Assembly (NCBI GenBank): GCA_029941565.1
Contig: JAPYRN010000001.1
Coordinates: 97,255 to 161,254, forward strand
DNA length: 64,000 nucleotides
From: Candidatus Latescibacterota bacterium
GTDB lineage: Bacteria; Latescibacterota; UBA2968; UBA8231
Reading direction: 5' to 3'
Part shown: piece by piece, positions 57,482-64,000 of the stretch
How the letters are laid out: every line of letters starts with the position of its first letter
Numbering within the stretch: position 1 is the stretch's first letter
Notes under the pieces: model-generated
Databases searched by the model: none
The model's input: the letters and a program-made list of their open reading frames with translations, nothing else
Told to the model about the DNA's origin: nothing
Made by a program: the position numbers and the translations under genes

Positions 57482-58360
57482 GTGGTGGACAAGGTCGATG
57501 TGCGGCGCAGGGTTCGCCAGATAGAGGCAACGGTCGCCGGCGTGCACCAGGAAACGCCCGATACGGCTTCGCTGTTTTTCGATATCGGGGATGAACCACA
57601 CGACTACAAGGCGGGTCAGTTCATCACGATCGATCCGCACCAGTTTGCCTTTCTCGAGCAGACCATCGCCTATCTCGAACAGATCAAAGAAGGCAAGGAA
57701 AAACCACGGGCCTACTCGATGGGTTCGGCGCCGCATGAAGAACATGTGCTGATCACGATCAAGGAAGAGCGCTTCTGGCCCGGAGAGTCGAAATATCCTC
57801 CGGTGCTGTCGCCATCGCTGACGCGCAACTGTGCCCTCGGCACTCCCGTCGTCATCAAGGGGTTCACCGGGGCCTATACGTTACCGGAGGACATACAGTC
57901 AAAGGCAGACAACATTTTGCATGTCTGCGCCGGCTCCGGCATCGTGCCGAACTTCGCCCTCATAAAACACAGTTTGCACGTTGCGGATGGCCTGCGTCAC
58001 GTATTGCTCTACAGCAGCAAGACGAAAGCTGATATCATCTATTACAATGAATTTGCCGATCTGGCACGGCGTCATCCTCAGCATCTCGAAATCGTCCATT
58101 GCCTGACTCGTGAGGACCCGGTTGATGTAGAACCGAGCAGTCGCCGCGGTCGGATCGACGCCGAGTTGATCTCAAAATACGTGCCGGATCCATCCAACTG
58201 CTTTGTCTACAGTTGTGGTCCCGGCATTCTGCCGTGGGAACGAAAAGAGGCCAGGCAGAATGGTGTCGAGCCGGAGCCGCGGTTTATCGAACACGTACTC
58301 GACCTGCTGCGCGACACGGGTCTCGACAAGTCACAGATCAAACAGGAGAGCTGGGGTTGA
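57482..58360 (+). CDS. ferredoxin-NADP reductase family FAD/NAD(P)-binding oxidoreductase
   Basis: RAYSMGS (RxYS FAD motif) and HVCAGSGIVP (NAD(P) GxGxxP); 292 aa. Confidence 0.6.
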   Translation: MVDKVDVRRRVRQIEATVAGVHQETPDTASLFFDIGDEPHDYKAGQFITIDPHQFAFLEQTIAYLEQIKEGKEKPRAYSMGSAPHEEHVLITIKEERFWPGESKYPPVLSPSLTRNCALGTPVVIKGFTGAYTLPEDIQSKADNILHVCAGSGIVPNFALIKHSLHVADGLRHVLLYSSKTKADIIYYNEFADLARRHPQHLEIVHCLTREDPVDVEPSSRRGRIDAELISKYVPDPSNCFVYSCGPGILPWERKEARQNGVEPEPRFIEHVLDLLRDTGLDKSQIKQESWG

Positions 58361-59334
58361 AACTGATCGTCCAAATCCCCTGCCTCAACGAGGAGGAGAC
58401 GCTGCCGGCGACACTGGCCGACATCCCACGTCAGGTCGAGGGACTTGACCGTGTCGAGATCCTCATCATCGACGACGGCTCCACGGATCGCACCGCCGAA
58501 GTTGCGCGGGAGTGCGGTGTCGACCACATCATCCGCTTTCCGCAGAATCGTGGCCTGGGGCACGCCTTCAAGGCGGGCTTCGACAACGCCCTGCGGCTCG
58601 GCGCCGACATCATCATCAATACCGATGGTGACAATCAGTACTTCGGCGGCGACATCCGTGAGCTGGTCAAACCGATCCTGGAAGGTCGCGCGGATCTTGT
58701 CATTGGCGATCGTCAGACCGGTGATATCGGCCACTTCGGCTGGCTCAAACGCACACTGCAGAAATTCGGCAGTCGCGTTATTTCCAGTCTCGGCGGGCTG
58801 GAGATTCCGGATGTCGCCTCCGGCTTTCGCGCCTACACTCGTGAGGCGGCGCTGAAGATTTCGATGTTCACCGACTTCGATCACACCGCTGAACATGTGG
58901 TACAAGCCGGGCAGGATGGTTGGGGTGTCGTCGTCGTGCCAATTCGCACCAATCCGAAAGCCCGGGAATCGCGGCTGTTTTCCAACGTTGGTGAGTTCGT
59001 TCTCAAATCGGGCTCGATCTCCCTGCGCACATACGCTCGTTACAAGGCACTGAAGATCTTCGCCACCTTCGGTGTGGTCACATTTCTATTGGGCGTTGCT
59101 CTGGGATTACGGTTTCTCTACTACCTCGCCTTTACCGAACAAGGTGAGCTGCACATCCAGTCCGTGATTCTGGCAGCTGTACTGCTATTGGCTGGTTTTC
59201 AGATGTTCCTTACCGGCATCGTCGCCGATCTGATCGCGACGAATCGCATGCTGATGGAAGACACCTTGACTCGCATCAAGAAGATCGAACTGGCTCAACC
59301 AGCAACGACTGAGCGCAACAACGACGGCGGCTGA
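58357..59334 (+). CDS. family 2 glycosyltransferase (polyprenyl-phosphate sugar transferase, GtrB/ArnC-like)
   Basis: TTG start with AGGAGAG RBS overlapping the upstream stop. LIVQIPCLNEEETL ... ILIIDDGSTDRT ... DGDNQY (DxD), plus C-terminal TM helices. Confidence 0.7.
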   Translation: MKLIVQIPCLNEEETLPATLADIPRQVEGLDRVEILIIDDGSTDRTAEVARECGVDHIIRFPQNRGLGHAFKAGFDNALRLGADIIINTDGDNQYFGGDIRELVKPILEGRADLVIGDRQTGDIGHFGWLKRTLQKFGSRVISSLGGLEIPDVASGFRAYTREAALKISMFTDFDHTAEHVVQAGQDGWGVVVVPIRTNPKARESRLFSNVGEFVLKSGSISLRTYARYKALKIFATFGVVTFLLGVALGLRFLYYLAFTEQGELHIQSVILAAVLLLAGFQMFLTGIVADLIATNRMLMEDTLTRIKKIELAQPATTERNNDGG

Positions 59335-60251
59335 CAGTAGAGAGAGATTTGGCCCCCGGTGACGGGGTGCGTCAGTAGCAGAGACATCGCGTGCAGGTGA
59401 TAGCCGATGTCCCCAGGACGGGCAGCTGACCGAACTGCCCCAGTGCGTGGTTTTCCTCCTACCCCATATAGGGGTTCCCCCACCAGTGGATGTCCCGCCA
59501 GCGCCAGGTGAATGCGGATCTGGTGCGGCCGCCCCGTGGGGATCTCAACATCGACGAGACTGGCGCCGGTCTCATGGCGCCGCTCGATGACCCGCACCAA
59601 AGAACGTGATGATCGCCCATCCCTATCGACGGCTGCGTGGATGCTGCCCATCGTCGGATCCGGGATGGCGCCGATCTCTGCATCCACCTCGAATCGATCC
59701 GCCAGATCCGTCCCCTGAACAAGGGCGCGATAGACCTTGACCAGACTGCCATCGTGAAAGGCGGCGGCAACGCCTCTGCGCACTGGGGCATCGCTGGCGA
59801 ACAGCACGAGCCCTGTCGTACCTCGTCCGAGTCGGTGGGCTGGCGCCCAATCGGGACCCCTTCGTTCGCGCACGACGTCGAGCAGCGTGTTCTGCAGATA
59901 ACCGGCCGCCGGCAGCACCTGCAGCCCCGCTGGTTTGGCGACGGCGAGCAGGCCATCTGCTTCATGCAATAGCGCAAACCAGCGGGGTGCCGCCGGCTCA
60001 GTCCAGGGGGCACGGTGATAGATCAGACGATCGCCGGCGGCCAACACCGTGTCGGCTGCAATTGCCTCGTCGCCACGCCGCATCCGCCCCGCCTGCAATC
60101 GTTGTCGCCATTCTTGCTCAGAAGAGTGGGTGAAACGACGGGCGTAGAACTCGAGACCGGTCCAACCCGTGGCGGCACCGTCGACGATATCGCGATATTG
60201 CCAACCACTGTTGCGGCGCTGACGCCAGCCCGTTGACGAAGGGAAGCTCAT
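59295..60251 (-). CDS. RluA family pseudouridine synthase
   Basis: S4-like N-terminus and catalytic HRLGRGTTGLVLFA (HRLDxxTSG); 318 aa. Confidence 0.75.
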   Translation of the reverse strand: MSFPSSTGWRQRRNSGWQYRDIVDGAATGWTGLEFYARRFTHSSEQEWRQRLQAGRMRRGDEAIAADTVLAAGDRLIYHRAPWTEPAAPRWFALLHEADGLLAVAKPAGLQVLPAAGYLQNTLLDVVRERRGPDWAPAHRLGRGTTGLVLFASDAPVRRGVAAAFHDGSLVKVYRALVQGTDLADRFEVDAEIGAIPDPTMGSIHAAVDRDGRSSRSLVRVIERRHETGASLVDVEIPTGRPHQIRIHLALAGHPLVGEPLYGVGGKPRTGAVRSAARPGDIGYHLHAMSLLLTHPVTGGQISLYCQPPSLLRSVVAG

Positions 60252-60300
60252 GAGTTAGTATTTATTCATCATGGTGTAATAATTATTCAAGAAAGTTGTC

Positions 60301-61281
60301 ATGACCGATCTTCCGACAATCTTCATCGACGGCCAGGAAGGTACCACCGGATTGCGCATCCGTGACCTGCTTGGCAACCGGCAGGATGTGAACATTCACC
60401 TCATCGCCCCAGACAAGCGTAAGGATAGGTCGGCGCGTCGGGAGTTGCTCAATGAAGTCGACCTGGCGATTCTCTGCCTGCCGGATGACGCCGCCGCTGA
60501 AGCCCTCGAACTGATCGAACCAGGCAGTGGCACACGGGTCATCGATACGAGTACGGTTCGGCGGGTGGACGACGACTGGGTCTATGGTATTCCCGAGTTG
60601 TCACCCTCCCAACGAAAGGCGATCCGCACAGCGGACCGAGTCGCCAATTGTGGCTGTTACCCGGTGGGATTTCTGCTCGCCGTACGGCCCTTGATCGAAG
60701 CAGGTCTATTGCGCGCCGACGCTCCACTCATCGTCAACGCCGTCTCCGGTTATTCGGGTGGCGGTCGCAAGATGATCGAGGCGTATCAGGGAATGCCACC
60801 AGGTCCCCAGGGGGATGCGGCTCAGGGCTTCTGTCTGTATGATCTGAACGGTGACCACAAGCACGTGGCGGAGATGCAGAAATTCAGCGGCACTCTACAC
60901 CCTCCCTTGTTTGTACCGTCGGTGAATCACAGCTACTGCGGTATGTTGACGAGCACCCCGATTTCAGCTGCCTCCTGGACGTCTTCGGGAACGACTGCTC
61001 AGCAGGTGTTCGATATCTGGCAGGATCGTTACGCCAGTGAGCCCTTTGTGCGTCCTGTAGCCCCTGCCGATGCATCAGGATTCATGCGGGAGGGTCGTTT
61101 TCTCGACCTCGACGGCGCCAATCTGACGAACCGTCTCGACTTGTTCGTCTTTGGCGATCCAGGTATCGGTCTGGTACTGGTGGGCCGCCAGGACAACCTC
61201 GGCAAAGGCGCCTCCGGAAATGCGGTGCAGTGCCTCAACCTCATGCTCGGCTTCGATGAGGCCACCGGTTTGAAGAGCTGA
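60301..61281 (+). CDS. argC: N-acetyl-gamma-glutamyl-phosphate reductase (short type 2 form)
   Basis: TIFIDGQEGTTGLRIRDLL N-terminus and active-site VANCGCYPVG; 326 aa. Confidence 0.75.
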   Translation: MTDLPTIFIDGQEGTTGLRIRDLLGNRQDVNIHLIAPDKRKDRSARRELLNEVDLAILCLPDDAAAEALELIEPGSGTRVIDTSTVRRVDDDWVYGIPELSPSQRKAIRTADRVANCGCYPVGFLLAVRPLIEAGLLRADAPLIVNAVSGYSGGGRKMIEAYQGMPPGPQGDAAQGFCLYDLNGDHKHVAEMQKFSGTLHPPLFVPSVNHSYCGMLTSTPISAASWTSSGTTAQQVFDIWQDRYASEPFVRPVAPADASGFMREGRFLDLDGANLTNRLDLFVFGDPGIGLVLVGRQDNLGKGASGNAVQCLNLMLGFDEATGLKS

Positions 61282-61289
61282 GTCCCCCC

Positions 61290-62069
61290 TTGGACAGTCT
61301 CTTACCATTTGCCGACAGCCACTGCCATCTTGATCAGCTGGCGGAAGATGCCGTCGGCGAAGCCGCAGCCGACGGTGTCTCTCCCATCGTCGCCGTCTCC
61401 CAGGATGTCGACTCCATGAGCGCCGTCCTTGCCCTGGCCGGGCGCTACCCCGGTCAGGTTCTTCCCGGGCTCGGTATCCACCCCTGCACTGTCACGGAAC
61501 GCGGCTTCGACAGACTGGCGCCAGACTTGGCATTGCTGTCAGAACGAGCCGCCGACGTCGCCGTCATCGGTGAGACCGGCCTCGACTACAAATGGGCGAC
61601 GTCAGAACAACAACAGGCCGAACAACTGCGCGTCCTCGAATTGCACTTTGCCACCGCCGCCCGTCATCACAAGCCGGTCAACCTGCATTCCCGTCGCTGC
61701 CTGCGACAGACATTGGAGCACGCCGTCGCCTTCCATCGTGATACCGGTCTGGCGGTGCAGATGCACTGGTTCACCGAGTCGAAAAAGTTGGCACGTATCT
61801 GCAACGACGAGGGGATCTATGTCTCTGTGGGACCGACCATTCTGGCCAACGAACAGGCAGCAACCGTCGCCTGTGAAGTCAATGACGATCTGCTGTTGCT
61901 GGAGAGTGACGCTCCTGTTGCGGTCGACGGCATCCCGGGGCACCCCCGGCGGGTGCGCGAAGTTGCGGAGAAACTAGCCGGCCTTCGGGGCGTCTCACTG
62001 GAGGGTCTCGCCAAGCAGTTGTTGGCCAACCTGCAACGATATCTGACAGGTGACAGCACCGACGCCTGA
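61290..62069 (+). CDS. tatD: TatD family hydrolase
   Basis: ADSHCHLD metal-binding start and TIM-barrel TatD layout; 259 aa. Confidence 0.7.
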   Translation: MDSLLPFADSHCHLDQLAEDAVGEAAADGVSPIVAVSQDVDSMSAVLALAGRYPGQVLPGLGIHPCTVTERGFDRLAPDLALLSERAADVAVIGETGLDYKWATSEQQQAEQLRVLELHFATAARHHKPVNLHSRRCLRQTLEHAVAFHRDTGLAVQMHWFTESKKLARICNDEGIYVSVGPTILANEQAATVACEVNDDLLLLESDAPVAVDGIPGHPRRVREVAEKLAGLRGVSLEGLAKQLLANLQRYLTGDSTDA

Positions 62070-62279
62070 GCGTTGACTCAACAGAGGTCTGGGGTTACCC
62101 TCTACTGTTCGGTTTTTTCCCGCATAACCTGTTGTGCGGCAAGTCGGTCGGCACTGCCGCCTTCCTCCACGGAGGGCGCTTTACTGTAGAGATTCCACGA
62201 CGGCGATTGGGCGGTGTGTGGGCAGGGATTCGCATCGTCGTGATGCTTCGACCACCGATGGCGACGGAGTTGTAACCCA

Positions 62280-63653
62280 GTGAAACGAATTTGTGTGATG
62301 GGCTCCGGGTATGTCGGTCTCGTATCCGGTGCCTGCCTGGCCGACTTCGGTAACACCGTCGTCTGCGTCGATATCGACGAACCACGGATCGCGAGACTGC
62401 GTGGCGGCGAGGTTCCGATCTACGAGCCCGGCCTCGGGGAGTTGATGGAACGCAATCGCGAGCGGGGGCGCCTGTCCTTCTCCTCCGATGTAGCCTTTGC
62501 CATCAAGTCCAGTGACATCGTTTTTATCTGCGTGGGCACACCCTCTCTGCCATCCGGTGAAGTCGACATGTCGTACGTACATGCCGCCGCCCGCTCCATC
62601 GGCCAATGCATGGAGGACTACAAGATCGTCGTCAACAAGTCGACGGTCCCCGTCGGTACCGGTGATGAAGTTGGGGCTTTGATCGTCGAGGTCCGGCCGG
62701 ATGCAGATATCGATGTCGTCTCCAATCCGGAGTTTCTGCGCGAGGGTTCGGCAATCGACGACTTCATGCACCCCAGTCGCGTCGTCATTGGCGCCTCGAG
62801 TCGACGTGCCCTCGAGGCCATCATCGACGTCTACCGTCCGCTCTATCAGAGTGACGTGCCCATGGTGCTTACCGACGTACAGAGCGCGGAGATGATCAAA
62901 TACGCCTCCAATGCCATGCTGGCGACAAAGATTTCTTTCATCAACGAGATCGCCAACATCTGTGAAGCCTTCGGTGCCGACGTCACCGCCGTCGCTCGTG
63001 GCATGGGTCTGGATGAACGCATCGGTCCGCGCAATCTGTACGCTGGCGCCGGATATGGTGGCAGTTGCTTCCCGAAGGACGTGCAAGGTCTGGCGGCGAC
63101 CGCCCGCCAGGCGGGTGTCGATGCACCTCTGCTACAGTCCATCGACCCGAGCAACGTGCGGCAGCGGCGACACATGATCGAGAAACTGCGTGACCTGATC
63201 GGTGATTTCGATCAGCAGAGCGTCTGTCTGCTGGGCCTGTCCTTCAAACCCGATACCGACGACCTACGTGAGGCGCCAGCGATGGAGATGGTCGATGTGC
63301 TGCTACGCGAGGGGGCAACTGTGCGCGCCTACGACCCCGTCGCCATGGACCAGGCAAGAGCACAGTTTCCGGATCTGGTCTGCTTCGACGATCCCTATTC
63401 TGCCGCTGCCGGCGCGGATGTCCTGGTATTGATGACGGAATGGAACGAGTTCCGCAACATGGACCTGCCCCGCATCCAGTCAGCTCTTGGATCACCGCGA
63501 CTGCTCGATTGCCGCAATGTCTATGACCCACGCGAGATGGCCGAACTCGGCTTTGACTACGTCAGCATCGGTCGCCCACGGCGAAGTCCCCGTGATACGG
63601 TGGAGACCGCCGCCGACTGGATCTTGCCGGTCGTTTTCACGCCTGTAGGGTAA
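62280..63653 (+). CDS. ugd: UDP-glucose 6-dehydrogenase (nucleotide-sugar dehydrogenase)
   Basis: MKRICVMGSGYVGLVSGACLADFGNTVVCVDID, catalytic Cys region GGSCFPKD; 457 aa. Confidence 0.8.
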   Translation: MKRICVMGSGYVGLVSGACLADFGNTVVCVDIDEPRIARLRGGEVPIYEPGLGELMERNRERGRLSFSSDVAFAIKSSDIVFICVGTPSLPSGEVDMSYVHAAARSIGQCMEDYKIVVNKSTVPVGTGDEVGALIVEVRPDADIDVVSNPEFLREGSAIDDFMHPSRVVIGASSRRALEAIIDVYRPLYQSDVPMVLTDVQSAEMIKYASNAMLATKISFINEIANICEAFGADVTAVARGMGLDERIGPRNLYAGAGYGGSCFPKDVQGLAATARQAGVDAPLLQSIDPSNVRQRRHMIEKLRDLIGDFDQQSVCLLGLSFKPDTDDLREAPAMEMVDVLLREGATVRAYDPVAMDQARAQFPDLVCFDDPYSAAAGADVLVLMTEWNEFRNMDLPRIQSALGSPRLLDCRNVYDPREMAELGFDYVSIGRPRRSPRDTVETAADWILPVVFTPVG

Positions 63654-63666
63654 CCCAGAGAGTCCG

Positions 63667-64000
63667 ATGACGAAAAGCCTGCTGATCACCGGTGGTTGTG
63701 GTTTTATTGGCGCCAACTTCGTGCGCCATATTCTCGCCCGCTATGCCGATTACCGGGTGGTCAATCTCGACAAGCTGACCTACGCGGGGAACCCGGCCAA
63801 CCTCGCCGACATCGCTGACGACGAACGCTATCGTTTCGTCCATGGCGACATCACGGACATCGATGTCGTCGACCCACTCGTGGCCGAGGCCGACTGGGTG
63901 GTAAATTTCGCCGCCGAGAGCCACGTGGATCGCAGCATCCTTGGTAGCGCTAACTTTCTGCACACCAATGTGAACGGTACCTACGTCCTGCTCGACGCGG
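63667..64000 (+). CDS. rfbB: dTDP-glucose 4,6-dehydratase (5' partial; continues beyond window)
   Basis: MTKSLLITGGCGFIGANFVRHIL...VVNLDKLTYAGN is the canonical RmlB N-terminus. Confidence 0.75.
   Translation, partial: MTKSLLITGGCGFIGANFVRHILARYADYRVVNLDKLTYAGNPANLADIADDERYRFVHGDITDIDVVDPLVAEADWVVNFAAESHVDRSILGSANFLHTNVNGTYVLLDA

Overview
High-GC (~63-65%) bacterial chromosomal segment, gene-dense on both strands. The abundance of Gfo/Idh/MocA oxidoreductases, xylose-isomerase-like TIM-barrel enzymes, NHL repeat proteins, dapL and scattered mur genes suggests a Planctomycetes/Verrucomicrobia-like or similar environmental or host-associated lineage; this is inference only. Content is mostly housekeeping: gltX, glnS, nadA, dapL, argC, murB, murD, cysH, rpsR, arfB, modABC, ugd, rfbB, a type IIA topoisomerase pair and a DEAD-box helicase. 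There are also two divergent sugar/amine catabolic operons: xylA-HAD-SDR-GS-like on the minus strand, and Gfo-fbp remnant-2x creatininase-Fe-ADH-UxuA-like on the plus strand. No CRISPR array, rRNA, tRNA or obvious mobile element was found. The most unusual items are (1) a BMC-H shell protein with a Rho_N/HeH-like C-terminal tail, tightly linked to rpsR and a small PspA-like coiled-coil gene, with no other BMC genes in the window; (2) a FliG N+M domain (EHPQ motif) fused to a LuxR-type HTH; (3) a compact GyrB/GyrA-like topoisomerase pair whose two genes are separated by a highly structured 247-nt spacer; (4) several decayed genes: a sigma-54 activator, an fbp with internal deletion plus frameshift, and an ABC exporter pair upstream of an intact DUF1854 gene; (5) a LecA/PA-IL-like lectin ORF appended to modABC. 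All calls come from reading the translated ORFs and sequence motifs; no database searches were run.
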